Assembly: GCA_963803665.1 (NCBI GenBank)
Contig: CAWDNO010000005.1
Coordinates: 187,204 to 251,203, forward strand
Reading direction: 5' to 3'
Length of the DNA: 64,000 nucleotides
Source of the DNA: an uncultured Acidobacteriota bacterium
GTDB taxonomy: Bacteria > Acidobacteriota > Terriglobia > Terriglobales > Acidobacteriaceae
The translations under genes and the position numbers were made by a program. Shown piece by piece: positions 31,214-43,513 of the stretch (position 1 is its first letter; each line of letters opens with the position of its first letter). The notes beneath the pieces were generated by a model that saw nothing but the letters and a program-made list of their open reading frames with translations, was not told the origin of the DNA and did no database searches.

Positions 31214-31879
31214 TTACCGGCTTTGACTCACAGCCGTTCCATTGACCCGAACCCACCGCCGCAATGTTGGATCATAGGTCTTAATCAACTTCGCGGGGTT
31301 CCCTGCGATTACACTAAAATCAGGGAAACTTCTTGTAACTACACTATTTGCTCCCACGACGCTGTTCCGGCCCAAAGTCAGCTCGCCTTTTCCGCAGAAT
31401 ATTACACATCCATATCCCAGCCAGCTATTGCGGCCGATCATGATCCGTCCCCCCTCGGTTACTCCTTGCGCATAAATAGGCATTTTGGGATCGGAATACT
31501 CATGGTTATGATCCATGATTAACACGTGCGGCGCGAGGAGTACGTCGGCCTCCAACTCAATATAATTTTTCGCCGAAATCGTCGATCTCCTGCCAATCTT
31601 GCAACCATTGCCCAGTCGCAACTTCGTTTTCACCACCCCTGAGTCTTCTACAATGTTGAGCCAAACGCCCGCCGTGAGAAGAACATTGTCGCCAAGCGAC
31701 ATGCACTGTGCGCTACTCCGCGAGAGATCACACGAAGGGGCGATGGACGGCCGATGCCCAATGGATGCGAAAGGGTATGTCGCCCTCACCCACTGTGTGT
31801 TGAGTTTGCGGGCCACTCGATCAAAGAATCTGAGCGGATCATCTAACAGCTCTCGATGAGGTTGCATTTTTCCGGTCAA
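31214..31879 (-). CDS. Hexapeptide-repeat (LbH) O-acetyltransferase
   Basis: 221 aa. Left-handed beta-helix repeats and the C-terminal IGRNSWLGYGCVI..GANSVVTRSFPDFSVIAGNPAKLI. Confidence 0.8.
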   Translation of the reverse strand: MTGKMQPHRELLDDPLRFFDRVARKLNTQWVRATYPFASIGHRPSIAPSCDLSRSSAQCMSLGDNVLLTAGVWLNIVEDSGVVKTKLRLGNGCKIGRRSTISAKNYIELEADVLLAPHVLIMDHNHEYSDPKMPIYAQGVTEGGRIMIGRNSWLGYGCVIFCGKGELTLGRNSVVGANSVVTRSFPDFSVIAGNPAKLIKTYDPTLRRWVRVNGTAVSQSR

Positions 31880-31894
31880 TATTCCTGCTGGGAC

Positions 31895-33474
31895 CTAGCA
31901 GTTCGAACGGCTGAACTTCAAGGAGGTATACAAAGCCTGCTTCTCGGCCGCGGTCACTGAACCCGTGCGCACCATTAAAGGCCAGGCTACAATCAGGGAA
32001 GCTAAGCCTGCCTCTGCCAGTTTCAAAGTGGCAAAGAGCCTGCCGGGGTGGTAACCGGGTAGCGGAATATAAGAAGCGATCACTCCAGCGGAAAAGATCA
32101 ACAGTGCAGCAGCGGATAAGCGAACCGCGCCCGGCAGCACCACTTTCGGCCCGGAAGACATCAAAGGTCTTGCTCAAGGCAAACAGCATGAAAAGCATTC
32201 CTGCGAACTCGCAAGCAGCGAGTCCACTCAACACACCTACAAAACCCAATTTGGGGGCGAACCCGACCACAACCATAATGATTACGATCCGCAAAACCTG
32301 GCGGATATTATCCAGCAATGCCTTTCCCGAAACCCTATAAAGGACCAACGCGAGCAGCGAAAAGGCAGCAAATAGGGCCCGCAACGACACAAGCCAGAAT
32401 GCGGAACGGAAACTGGGATCGGTTTGTCCTGTCCAGGCATACGCCATCGTCGGACCGAACACAGCGATAAAGCCGAGCGGAAACAGGCTCAGTCCAAGCG
32501 TAACTTTGAATGCCTTGCTCGAGAAGCGCCTGCATTCTCTCGGCAGAGCCGGACGCGAAGACCATGGTTCCTCCCGACAAAATTGGGGGCAGGAATGAGT
32601 CCTGAATGGCCGTTGCTGAAGTTATCACGCGGGTCACGACCGCATATACGCCTGCGGAATTTGCCCCAAAGCTTCTGAGCATTGCCACCGGGATCAGCGA
32701 GTTGTACACCACTTCCAACAGGTTGACCATTTGATAGCTGCCCGCAAAGCGAAACAGTTCATAAAGAACATCCTTGCTCAGCCATCGGACCCCGAGATGA
32801 ATCTGCGGAACAATCCGGTAAGAGGCGAAGTAGCAACAACTGAGATACAACAGTTCTGACGTCCCCATTACCGCCGCCATGGCGGTCAAACCATAGCCAA
32901 AATGCAGAACCGCGACAATCGCGCCAGCTTCAGCCACTGAAAAGAAAGTATTGAATTTCCGGACGAGGTCAATGCGATGTCCGCCCATCACAATCGCCTC
33001 AAAGGCGGCGCCCACATTCGCCATCAGCATGATCACAGCCAGTAGAGCGATCGCTCCCGCAGCTGACTGGAGAAACTCCGCAGGAACGCCCGCCATGTGC
33101 GCAATTCGCTGGGAAAAGAGAGCGACCGGAATCAGCCCGGCGATAGAAAGCACCATCATGATCGCGGAGCCGGTACTCAGCAGCTTACTGGCTCTGTCGT
33201 AATCTCCGTTTCCCGTAGCCTCAGCTACATACTTCTGAAATGCAGTCTTGATTCCGACGCTGCCAAAACGCATATAGGTGGCGGTCATCATAATTACGTT
33301 CCAGATGCCGTAGCCGCCCAGCCCAAGATGATGAATCACGATCGGCACCGTCACCAGGCGGGTCAGCACCTGGACGCCATTGGCTACCACCCCGAAGATG
33401 GTATTCCTACCAATCGTGCCGGCCAGCTTATGGTTTTGTGAAATATGCGAGTTTACGTCAGTCAAGGGATTCAA
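31895..33474 (-). pseudogene. Wzx-type flippase (polysaccharide biosynthesis protein, MOP superfamily); 2 frame breaks
   Basis: 33474-32335: AGTIGRNTIFGVVANGVQVLTRLVTVPIVIHHLGLGGYGIW. Continues in 32462-~32160 and 32164-31895. All fragments are polytopic. Confidence 0.75.
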
Positions 33475-33598
33475 AGCTGCAGCACCGTTGGGCGGTTGTC
33501 AACGCGCAGCCATCAACTTTCGGTTGGAAGATCTCAATCGCGAAGAAGCGAAAACTTTCGAAGCTCTAAAGATTGGGCCAAGACAAATCATGCCCAAG

Positions 33599-35149
33599 TT
33601 AGTTGACAACCGCTGTCAAGTCCGTTGGCGGTTGCGGCGCCTGATTGCCACTATTGTATTGGTATACACCCGCGTCCCATGGACCCGTGGTAGGCCGTGG
33701 GTTGGGAGTTCGGGCCGGATAGCTGACCGCGTGCGTGGTTGGGTTGTAACTGACGCCAAGGGTCGAGTCACTGCACAAGCCAGGCAAGGTAGAGCAAAGA
33801 GCGGTGAGGTTTGCGCCTTGTCCCACGGTTCCGCTGGTCCCTGAAGTAGGGGAAAACGGATAGGTCTCACCGGAGCAATAGCCCTGCTGGGTGCAGGCAA
33901 TGGCGTAGGACATCGGGATATCATTCGATTCCGTCACTGGTGTGCTGCCACTTTCGGACCAGATTCCCCTATTCGGCGAAGTTGCGTTCGTAATTAAGTG
34001 ATTGCCTTTTAGTGTGGCTGCTGTAACCGAGGAAGCGATGCCTGCTACGCAAATGTAAGCCGGATTAGGGTCCGGGCCGCACTCCACTGTGTTGTTATAA
34101 AGGACGTCGCTTCCTGTAGGGTTAACCAGCGCCGCCGCAAGGTCACTTATATTGGTGATAGGTATGTCATAGATCAAATTGTTGTAGAAATAATGAATGT
34201 ACCCTTGCTCGGGTGCAAGCCACACAGTCAATCCCTGTTTAACGTGGGCAAAAATATTGTTATATATGTACGATGTGCCAGAATAATTAATCTCCAGGCC
34301 GTTTTCGTGCATGGTCGGATTGTACGAGGCGTTGATGTTCAGTACGACGTTGTCGTGAACAACCGTATACTCGCCCACAAAGCCGTTAGACATATTGTGT
34401 ATGTAGTTGTTGTAAATGACTTCTGGACCGCCATGCAGTGCCGCCATGCTGTCGCCACTGGTGTCCCAACCATCGAAAACATTGTCATGAATTGAACTGG
34501 TGGAATTTCCGCTCGGCCAGCTCGTGTCGCCGCTGATGCACTGGCCGCCGTCATTCGAATTACTGCCGTTGTAGGCGGTGTGAGTCCAGCCGTGAAAATA
34601 ATTGTTCTTGATCTCCAGATTGTTTGAGCTGTAGTGAAGACAGATATAGTTGTCCTGGCAGTAGGCGTTCGTATTGTCCTCGAAAAACCCTGTCCATTCG
34701 ATGTTGTCCATGACGACATAATTGGCTGAGAGGCCAAAAAATTCGTTCACCCGCGCGGTATTGTTGCCGTCATACCAAGTCGGGATCGCTTGACCACCCC
34801 CATTAAAAATTGGCCTTGCCCAAGAACTCCCTGCATACCAGGTCTGATCGACCCCGATGTAGATGGGGTGGCCCGCGCTTCCGTTCCAGGTCCACTCAAA
34901 GCCGAGCGACGAATTCGGCCAGGTAACGCCGCCCTTAAAAATGAACTGATCTCCGGGCTGGGGAGTGGAAGCGGCACACTGCGCATGACATCCCGGCATA
35001 CCCGGCAGGTGCTGCCAGGGACTGGTTTTCGGGGTGCCATTGTTGGAGTCGTTGCCGCTGGCATAATCAATATAATAGGTCGCGGCAAAAGCTTCGGCGG
35101 CAATCAGGAAACAGGATATCAACGTGATAGCCCGTATTAGCTTCGCCAT
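33599..35149 (-). CDS. Secreted right-handed parallel beta-helix protein (candidate polysaccharide lyase/hydrolase)
   Basis: The start is placed at MAKLIRAITLISCFLIAAEAFA (signal peptide), followed by TYYIDYASGNDSNNG..PWQHL. Repeated NN-x-I/F/V turns. Confidence 0.65.
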   Translation of the reverse strand: MAKLIRAITLISCFLIAAEAFAATYYIDYASGNDSNNGTPKTSPWQHLPGMPGCHAQCAASTPQPGDQFIFKGGVTWPNSSLGFEWTWNGSAGHPIYIGVDQTWYAGSSWARPIFNGGGQAIPTWYDGNNTARVNEFFGLSANYVVMDNIEWTGFFEDNTNAYCQDNYICLHYSSNNLEIKNNYFHGWTHTAYNGSNSNDGGQCISGDTSWPSGNSTSSIHDNVFDGWDTSGDSMAALHGGPEVIYNNYIHNMSNGFVGEYTVVHDNVVLNINASYNPTMHENGLEINYSGTSYIYNNIFAHVKQGLTVWLAPEQGYIHYFYNNLIYDIPITNISDLAAALVNPTGSDVLYNNTVECGPDPNPAYICVAGIASSVTAATLKGNHLITNATSPNRGIWSESGSTPVTESNDIPMSYAIACTQQGYCSGETYPFSPTSGTSGTVGQGANLTALCSTLPGLCSDSTLGVSYNPTTHAVSYPARTPNPRPTTGPWDAGVYQYNSGNQAPQPPTDLTAVVN

Positions 35150-35263
35150 GGGGGAAGGTCTCCGATAGTCGGGATTAGGACTCTCTTCGAGACTACCGAG
35201 CTCAATTCCGCTCAGAAAGTCACAGAAGGACACGGTCGAACGCACAAGCTCGCCGACGGAGGA

Positions 35264-36496
35264 CTACGGTCTCGCGTAACACCTTGAATTACTTAGTGTT
35301 CCCGCCTTACCGAACGTCTGAGCAGGGGAATTGGGTTCTGGGCGCTCACCCATAGCCCTCTCATAAGCGCGTGCCAGAACGCGTCCTGCCTCTGTCCACG
35401 TCCATTGGCCGCGGCTTTGTAAGGCTCCGGCGCGAAGGCTTTCCAACAGTTCGGGACGATCGTGTAGGTCGGTGATGTGCTGGCGCAGGGCGGCGATGTC
35501 TCCGACGTTATGAACCAGGGCGTTTTCCATGTGGCGGCACATTTCCGTGCAGGCATTTGAGGCCATAGGCACGCATCCGGCACCAATGGCCTCGGCGCAA
35601 ACTAAAGCAAAGCCTTCTTCAATCGACGGCATCAGGAGAACGTCAGCACTTTGCATGAGCCGCGGGACATCGCGACGGTGGCCAAGCTGGACGATGCTGG
35701 GATGCGACAGATCCCTGGCAAAGCGTTCCTTATATTCTTGCGTGAGTTCGCCGGCGATAAAAAACGTGCCGTCTTTGGCGGCTGGCGAGCCTAACCAAGC
35801 CTCAGTTGCAAGATGAAGACCCTTTCGGACAGCGTCCACCCCGACAAAGAGCGCGGTGAATTTCTTTCCGGGCGCGCGCAATTTCGCAGTGGGGAAATAT
35901 TCGGTCTCGTCAAAGCCGTATTGATGCCTCAGAATCTTCGCTTCCGGAAATCCGCGGTCACGAAAACTTTGGGCTGCAAATTCAGAGGCGCAAAGCAGAA
36001 AATCGCAAGCGGCAAACTCCGCTTCTTCGCGAGCGAGCACGGCCTCACTTGCCTGGTAATCTCCATGCGGTGTCTGGATGCCAACGCGCTTGCACTCGGC
36101 TGCGACCACCGCATAACAGAATCTGGTGTGCGCGTTCGGCCGCTCGAGTACTGTCGGAATGCCGAGGCGCTTGGCGGTCTTGATGGTTTCGAGGGCGGCG
36201 CAGGGCCAGACGTGAACGACGTCAACCTGTCCGGCAAGTTTCTCCAGACGGCGAGCGACAATCTTGTCGTGTAGCGCTAGCGCTCTCAGTTTTCCCAGCA
36301 GCTTATAAGGAAGACGCAGGCTTCCTCGAGCCAGCGTGGGATGGACTTCGACGGAATCGGGCACCGGACGCGCCAACACGCCGGGAAACAGCAGCACGTC
36401 AGCTCCAGCAGACGCGAGCCCGCGCACCTGTTGCCACGCCGTGTAACAGATGCGGTCGGCGCCTAATTTGTGGGGAAAGCTATAGAGAACACGCAT
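35264..36496 (-). CDS. Glycosyltransferase, GT-B fold (GT4-like)
   Basis: The start is placed at MRVLYSFPHKLG. C-terminal EX7E-like region: LLMPSIEEGFALVCAEAIGAGCVPMAS. Confidence 0.8.
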   Translation of the reverse strand: MRVLYSFPHKLGADRICYTAWQQVRGLASAGADVLLFPGVLARPVPDSVEVHPTLARGSLRLPYKLLGKLRALALHDKIVARRLEKLAGQVDVVHVWPCAALETIKTAKRLGIPTVLERPNAHTRFCYAVVAAECKRVGIQTPHGDYQASEAVLAREEAEFAACDFLLCASEFAAQSFRDRGFPEAKILRHQYGFDETEYFPTAKLRAPGKKFTALFVGVDAVRKGLHLATEAWLGSPAAKDGTFFIAGELTQEYKERFARDLSHPSIVQLGHRRDVPRLMQSADVLLMPSIEEGFALVCAEAIGAGCVPMASNACTEMCRHMENALVHNVGDIAALRQHITDLHDRPELLESLRAGALQSRGQWTWTEAGRVLARAYERAMGERPEPNSPAQTFGKAGTLSNSRCYARP

Positions 36497-36519
36497 GGAG
36501 TCAAAATCGCTGTAGTGGG

Positions 36520-37643
36520 TTACCGCCCGGCAAAGGCATAGAGCAGCCATCCCAGTTCGTAGGGACGGCATTCGTAGCGGACTTTCAGGCGGCTCGCATC
36601 GGCCGTGCCTTTGCGCAACTGCGGGAACCGTAGGGCAGCGTCGGCGTAGGCGTCAGTCGAATCGAGATAAATCGAGCGCCATACGAGATTAAGACTGGGT
36701 TCAACAAAATCGCGATGGATCTCGTTATTGCCGCTGATCCATGCCAATCCTTTATAGATCGCCTCGGTGAAGTCACAGCCGGTGGCCTCGCTGGCCGCAA
36801 ACAGCATCATCGGCGCCATGGCGTGCTGGTGCACGGAATATACGGGATAGCGGCTCACCACTCTGCCAGTTCCGGAGTCGTAGTGCCAGCACCATTCTCC
36901 GAGTGGCGCCTGTCGTTCACACATTTTTTCCGCCGTGCGGAGCGCCATCTGCCGCGCTTTGTCGTCCTCAATCGCCTGCGACAATCGTGCGAAAGCGATG
37001 GTCGGGTAAACCTGATCGGCGAAGGTCCCGATTCTGCCGCGAACAAAACCGGTCCACGACCTACTCCGGCTTAGGTGGCCATAGACTCCGGAAACTCCGC
37101 AGTTTGCTTCAAGAATTCTTCGGGCCGTCGTCGCTTGCTTGGAGAGTCCAGGCAAATCGCTGTGGCCGGCGAGGTAGCAGTTCGCAATGCCGGTTAAGTA
37201 CCAGGCGACTTCCATGGTGTGACCGCGTTGGCCGTCGCCAAAACGCGCCAACGCTCCCTCCGCGCCGATTTTCCGATATATCTCGGGCAGGCGTTCGGGA
37301 ACCAGTTCCGCGCACGTCCAGAGAAGCAAGCCCAGATCACCGGCAGTGCCAATCCAACTCGTGTCGCGTAGAAGCGCATCGAGGACAGGGGTCATCGCGA
37401 CCGGTGAACGGCGGCCAGAGCGTTCGTAGCTATGCAGCCCCAACAGAGTCATCATCGTGTAACGCGGTGGACAGTCTTTCCCGGCGCATGCCATTTTCGC
37501 TGCGGATGTAGGTGTCGCAGAAAATGTGTTTCTCCGGGTCGAGCATCTGCGACCAGTCCGGCGGCTGCCAGGTCGCATAATTCACGGATGCCTGGTGCGC
37601 CCGACTTTTTCTGTTCCTGCTCGATCAATGTGCCCGCTGGCAT
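36520..37643 (-). pseudogene. Hypothetical protein (alpha/alpha-toroid-like by eye); at least 1 frame break near 37450-37580
   Basis: ORF 37643-37452 starts 2 nt after the DUF354 stop and is followed by ORF 37578-36520 (W/Y-rich helical repeats: GEWCWHYDSGTG..YSVHQH). Confidence 0.4.
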
Positions 37644-37645
37644 CC

Positions 37646-38812
37646 TCAGCCTTTCTTCTCCATAACTGCGCTGATATGGTTCACGACTGTTTCGAGCGTC
37701 TCCTGTTGTTTTGACGGCGAACCCAATATCTTGCTGCGGTGTACGAGTTTGAGCTTCTCACGCACGTCCTGTTCACTTTCCAGAAGCACTAACCTGCCAG
37801 TCTCAGCCAGATGTTTGTCGACCGCTCCCATGGTGCCGCGGAACAAACTGTAAACCGGAATTCCCAGGGCTGCGGCTTCGCGGTTCATCGTTCCCCCGCC
37901 GCTGATTACCAAATCCGAGTACCAGATCAGGTCAAGGCCGTCGACCGCATGCTTGGGCACCACAATTCTTTCCGTCGCAAACAGATCCGGGTTGGCATGA
38001 CGGAGTTCTGCTTCCTGGCGCGTGGGTTCGGGGCAACAAAATCGTCTTGACCTCAGGACGGGCGCCCAACAATTCGAACACCGCCGCCAATAATTTTTCG
38101 CTCTCGGGATTATGATAGTGGGCTTCGGTGGCCGGCGGGCGGATGGTGACTACAATATCGGAAGGCTGGAGCCCGAACGTAGTCCTTCAGCGAGGGATCA
38201 GGGTTAAAGAATGGAGTGTAGACATCCTCTTTGATTCCCGGGATAGTGCAGCACATGATCCTTGGGTAAGCCATGCTTTTCGAAAATGTAGGAGGGAATG
38301 ACGTCGGGCGTCATCACCCACTTATTTCGCATGGAACCTAACCAGGTCGTGAGCCGGTGATCGGCGTATTCGTAATCTGCAATCGTAATACTCGGAATCC
38401 CAAACATAGCGGAAACTACTAAGGAGGACCGGGAACCGTGCGAAACGCTGATGGCTGGCCTTTCTCGCAGGATAAGCGGCAGCATCTGCGACACCCGGAT
38501 ACCCAGACCCATCACTTTGGCCACACGATTTTTTCCGTAATGATGACCGATAGTCCGATATTCCAACCCGGCCATGTCTGCCAGCTCGCAGACCTGGAAG
38601 CAGTCGCTGGCGGTGAGCACCACTTCGCATCCGCGTTTTTCCAGTTCCTTAATGATGGGATCAAAAAACGGTACATGCGGGGAATTTTCCAGGTCGATCC
38701 AGACTTTCCGGTCGGAGCGCCGTGGTTGTCCAGCACGCTGTCCGCCCTGGACTTGCATTTCAGGCGCGCTCTGCTGCGGTTCAGTATTTCTTGCTAATTG
38801 AGTTGGGGACAT
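37646..38812 (-). pseudogene. DUF354-family (GT-B-like) protein; at least 3 frame breaks between 37963 and 38204
   Basis: 38812-38204: KVWIDLENSPHVPFFDPIIKELEKRG. Hand-translated middle: DIVVTIRPPATEAHYHNPESEKLL. 37963-37646: LVISGGGTMNREAAALGIPVYS. Confidence 0.7.
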
Positions 38813-38813
38813 T

Positions 38814-40030
38814 TTACCTTCCTGCGACAGTAACCAGACGCGAAACGCACTGTGCTGTCTGCTCGGCTATGCGTACTTGCATTGCTTCCGTGAGTTCAGG
38901 AAACATGGGCAGCGAAAGAATCTCGGCAGCGACGCTCTCGGTAACCGGGAAGTCTCCCCTGTGATACCCTAACGCCGCGTAGGCTTTCTGCAGGTGCAGC
39001 GGAATAGGATAGTGAATGCCAGTGCCGATACCGGCCGCCTCCAGATAATCCTTTAATTGTTCCCGGTCCGCCACTCGGATCACAAACAAGTGGTAGACAG
39101 GCTCTGGAACCGTGGGTTCGTATGGAAGCGTGACACCTTCGCATTTGCCGAGCAACTGGCGATAGCGTTCTGCATGTTTCCGCCGCGCGTTATTCCAGTC
39201 AGGCAAGGTTTAGTTTCGCGTGCAGCAGCCCGGCTTGAAGTGCGTCCAGTCTGCCGTTGTAGCCTTCGATGTCGTGGTAGTACTTCTTGGCTTGGCCGTG
39301 GTCGCGGAGCATGCTGATCTTTTTTGCGAGAGCTGGCATCGTTGGTGGTCACCGCGCCGGCTTCGCCGCAGGCTCCCAGGTTCTTGCCGGGATAGAAGCT
39401 GAAGGCTGCTGCGCGGCCCATTGATCCGGCCTTCATCCAGCGATTTTGCTTGCGGGAAAAATATTCGGCTCCGTGAGCCTGGCAGGCGTCTTCGATCACG
39501 ATGAGACCGAACCGATCCGCCAATTCCTGAATCGCATCCATGTCGACCATCTGTCCGTAGAGGTGGACCGGAACAACGGCAGTTACTGGCCGGCCGCTGC
39601 GACGGCTGATCAGTTTGCCGGATTTGTCTTTTTCGCACTTCTGCTCTAAATACTCTCGAAGTTTTTCCGGGTCCATGTTGTAGGTGCGCTCGTCGATGTC
39701 GACGAATTCGGGAAGTGCTCCGGCTTGCGAAATCGCTTCGGTTGTCGCGATGAACGTATGCGGTACGGTCACGACCACATCGCCTGGCTGAACGCCGCAC
39801 GCCATGATGGCAAAGCGCAGGGCGTCGGTGCCGCTGCTGATGGCGACCGAATGGCTGGTGCCGCAGAAGGCGGCAAATGCCTTTTCGAATTCTTCCACCA
39901 TGGGACCGCCGATGAATCCGGCGGTGTGCAGAACCTGGTGGAAGATGGCAGTGAGTTCCTGCTCCATTTCTACGTGAGGGGTAACCAGATCAAGAAAAGG
40001 AATGCTGTTCGAATTATTAGAAATGCTCAC
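38814..40030 (-). pseudogene. DegT/DnrJ/EryC1-family PLP sugar aminotransferase (WbpE/WlbC-like); 2 frame breaks (~39331, ~39205)
   Basis: N-terminal 40030-~39335. The middle is restored by hand: [43 protein letters not shown]-terminal 39206-38814: [32 protein letters not shown]. Confidence 0.85.
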
Positions 40031-40530
40031 TTTGTGACCTCCGCAATTTGTTCGATATAACGCAAAACTCTGGCCGGATTTCCGGCTACGATGCTGTTCG
40101 CGGGTACGTCCTTGGTGACTACGCTGCCGGCTCCGACAATGGCGTTTTCGCCGATTGTGGTGCTCGAGAGAATCGTTGCGCCCGAACCGATCGACGCGCC
40201 TTTCTTGATCACGGTTCGTTCGACTTTCCAGTCGGCTTCGGTCTGCAGGTTGCCTTCGCCGGTCGTGGCGCGGGGGTATGAATCGTTGATGAACGTGACG
40301 CCGTGGCCGATGAAGACGTTGTCCTCGATGATTACGCCTTCACAGATAAATGTGTGACTGGAGATTTTGCAGCGCTTGCCGACGGTGGCATTCTTCTGGA
40401 TTTCGACGAAGGCGCCGATCTTCGATTCATCGCCGATTTCGCATCCGTAGAGGTTGATGAACTTGGAGAGCTTGACGTCTCGTCCGAGCTTTACGTCTGG
40501 CGCGATGCATACGTGCGGATTCATAGTCAT
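40027..40530 (-). CDS. LbH sugar N-acetyltransferase (WbpD/WlbB-like)
   Basis: 167 aa. Hexapeptide repeats and the C-terminal [30 protein letters not shown]. It overlaps the aminotransferase start by 4 nt. Confidence 0.8.
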   Translation of the reverse strand: MTMNPHVCIAPDVKLGRDVKLSKFINLYGCEIGDESKIGAFVEIQKNATVGKRCKISSHTFICEGVIIEDNVFIGHGVTFINDSYPRATTGEGNLQTEADWKVERTVIKKGASIGSGATILSSTTIGENAIVGAGSVVTKDVPANSIVAGNPARVLRYIEQIAEVTK

Positions 40531-40573
40531 GTTTGCTAAGAAGATCTGGTGAGTTTGTTGCGAGAGAAGTTGT

Positions 40574-42026
40574 TCAATCCGCTTCGGCAGCGGCTCGCTC
40601 GGAGTCGTAATACCAGGTTGCGACGGGTGATGTCAGCGCGCCGAGCTGGAATTCCTGGTGAGCGGCAACGAGCGCGGCATCCATATCTTCTCTGGCAACC
40701 ACAAAGGAGATGTTGCACTCGGATGCGCCGTGAGCGCTGGCGATAATATCTACGTTCTCGCGTCCCAGAGCGGCGAAAGCGCGGCCGATCATTCCTGACA
40801 TGCCGCGCAACTTCTGGCCAACCACGGTGACGATTGCAACCGTTGCATCGAGCGCGATGTGTTCCGCCTTTTCGTGGACGAGGTCGTGGGCAAATTCGTG
40901 ACGCAAGGCTTCGACAGCCCGTTTAGCCACGCCGGCAGAGACTACCAGGCATACTTCATTCTGCGAAGACGACTGTGAAATCAGAAGCACGTCAGCGCGG
41001 ACAGCAGCAGTCGTTGCGAATGTGCGCCCTAGAACATCCTGCACTTCGGCGAGGCCCGGACCTCCGACCGTGATCAATGCGGCATCACCGATCGCCGTGA
41101 TTGCAGTTACTCCATTGGCGCTTGCCGGGCCGGTGTGCGTTATCTTCGTTCCCGGATTTTCCGGCTCAAACGTGTTGCGAATGCGAAGCGGGATACCGCG
41201 TTGCATTACCGGGCGAAGGGTTTTGGGATGAAGAACCTTGGCGCCGAAATATGCCAGCTCCGATGCCTCGCGATAGGAAATTTCAGAGATCGTACTGGCG
41301 CTTGGCACCAGCCGTGGATCGCACGTCAACAAGCCGTCCACGTCAGTCCAGATAATAACTTCGTCCGCGTCGAGTGCTGCGCCCAGGATGGTTGCGGAAT
41401 AATCCGAGCCGCCGCGGCCTAATGTGGTGAGCACGCCTTCTTCACTGGCGCCGATGAATCCAGTTACCACCGGGACCATGACTTGCTGCAAAAGTGGATG
41501 CAGATGTGCATGGCAGGCTTCTCGGGTCAGATCCATCCACGGCTCAGCGCCACCGTAGTAGGAGTCGGTGACAATCAGTTTCGTCGCTTCGACGGATTCA
41601 CTTGTTACTCCGATTTCCACGAGGACAGCTGCTAGCAGCGGAGCCGAGAGCCGCTCGCCCAGGCTGGATATGGCATCACGCGTCCGGGGGGTCAGTTCGC
41701 CGAGGAGCATCGGTTCCTTTACAAAGGCGCTCGCCTTCTTCGAAATGCTTCTGCATTCGCTCGCTGATGCGTTCTCGCTCCGCATCGGAATGAATCAAGG
41801 CCTCGATTGCAATTTCGTGGCGATACCGCAGCTCGCCAAAAATCGTGTCGACTGCGTTGCAATTTCCGGCCTCGGACTCCAAGGCTGCTTCGATCAATTT
41901 ATTGGTGACGCCACTCATGGCTGAGACCACGACCACGATGTCGGTTTCTATGGATGCGGCGCGGATAATGTCGGCCACTTTCCGGATGCAAGACGCGTCA
42001 CCTACCGAGGTCCCGCCAAATTTCAT
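40574..42026 (-). pseudogene. lysC: Aspartate kinase; 1 frame break near 41680-41785
   Basis: The ATG at 42026 gives MKFGGTSVGD..VVVVSAMSGVTNKL. It continues in 41785-40574 (TTLGRGGSDYSA, IWTDVDGLLTCDPR, two ACT-like repeats). Confidence 0.85.
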
Positions 42027-42178
42027 GATTCGCAGTGGCCGGTTTAGATTTCTACGGACGTTTCCTTGGAGCTCCGAAGCCGTTAGCTGCGTTGAGCAAA
42101 AACCGGAAGTCCTTGCAGAATTCGAATGCAAATTGCGATGACCGCGCAGCGGGCGAGCGAGACTGGCTGATTCGGAAT

Positions 42179-43489
42179 TTATTTTGCTTCGCAATCGGCC
42201 TCCACTGCGGCATGTTCTGGCGGAACGGTTAGTGGTAAAGCGGAGGGTCGAACCGCTGCCAAGTTTTGTTTCGCGTACCACGCCCTTTGCACCTGGCTTC
42301 TGCGGATGCAGTCACTCACCAAGGCCGGCTCGTCCCAGGGAACGTCGTGGTAGGCAGATCGCAAAAACTCGCTCCGGGGATCTCTTATCCATTCCTGGGG
42401 AAAGAGTGCGATCGTTTCTGCCTCGGTAATTTTTTGACTTGCGGGAACGCCGTCTCCGGAGATAGCTGCGTAGAGCGCTGCCGGAAGGTCGCGTCCTGCG
42501 CCAAGCGCCAGATGTCCAACCTGAGTGGTGCGTGGGTTTATTTCGATAAGATAGGCATCGTCGGTGTGCGCTTCCAGGATGAAATCAAAACCATAGAGTC
42601 CTGAAAGATTGAGCCGCCGGGCCATCTTCTCCACTGCGATTGACATTTCCCAATGGTCGATCAGGCGCAGAACGGCAGCGTGTCCGGCCACATGCATCTT
42701 TTCCAGCACTTCGAAATGCAAGCCGGCGAGAACAGAACCTTCCCAGCAGAATATGGTGCTGGTGGCTTCGCGTCCCTGAACAAACGCCTGCGCGTTTATG
42801 ACAAATCGATGGCGCAGCAACGACGGCCACAGCAAGGTTGTATCGTGATCGACGATCGCCCGCTTAGCCGCCCTTGCAAACAGTGGTGGAGCTTGCAGAA
42901 TTCGCAGCACTTGTTCTGCTTCTTCCAGGGTTTGCGCGATTCTTACTCCGTTTCCACCCGAAGTACCGTCCGCTTTCAACACTAACGGAAAACCAAAAGC
43001 TAGTTTCTTGAGATCCCCGACATTCTCGACAACGGTGGTTTTCGGAACTCGAATGCCTTCCTGATGAGCCGCGTGCATGAAAGCATTTCGCGCAAACACC
43101 ACGGGGAAACTTTCGGGTGCGCCCAGTGAATGCTCTATCAGATTGCAAATTTGCTTCCCTGCATTGCTTTCCTGTTGCTCTCGGCGGTGCAGGTCATGCA
43201 GGTGGCGAGTTGCGAGGTCATCCCCAGGAACGATGAGATCCGGATCTGCGGCCATGATCGCCTTTTTGAATGACATCAATGGCGCGAGGCCGCGGTAAGT
43301 ATGAATCTGACGCAAGGCGTTAGTCTTGCGGACCGGATGGCCTGCGGGGCAGACAGCCTCCACGGTGCATCCGGCGTTGGCTAACGCCATCGCCAGCCGA
43401 GCCGTAGGCACCCAGCTGGAAGTCGTGGCCAGCAGGACTTTCGGCTGTACTTTTGTCCAAGTGTGGGTACGCGCCAATTTTGCTTTCAC
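42179..43489 (-). CDS. ATP-grasp domain protein of unknown specificity
   Basis: 436 aa. Contains PLVLKADGTSGGNGVRI and GLYGFDFILEAHTDDAYLIEINPRTT. Confidence 0.7.
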   Translation of the reverse strand: MKAKLARTHTWTKVQPKVLLATTSSWVPTARLAMALANAGCTVEAVCPAGHPVRKTNALRQIHTYRGLAPLMSFKKAIMAADPDLIVPGDDLATRHLHDLHRREQQESNAGKQICNLIEHSLGAPESFPVVFARNAFMHAAHQEGIRVPKTTVVENVGDLKKLAFGFPLVLKADGTSGGNGVRIAQTLEEAEQVLRILQAPPLFARAAKRAIVDHDTTLLWPSLLRHRFVINAQAFVQGREATSTIFCWEGSVLAGLHFEVLEKMHVAGHAAVLRLIDHWEMSIAVEKMARRLNLSGLYGFDFILEAHTDDAYLIEINPRTTQVGHLALGAGRDLPAALYAAISGDGVPASQKITEAETIALFPQEWIRDPRSEFLRSAYHDVPWDEPALVSDCIRRSQVQRAWYAKQNLAAVRPSALPLTVPPEHAAVEADCEAK

Positions 43490-43513
43490 TAACAGGAGAA
43501 GGAGGAAGGAAAA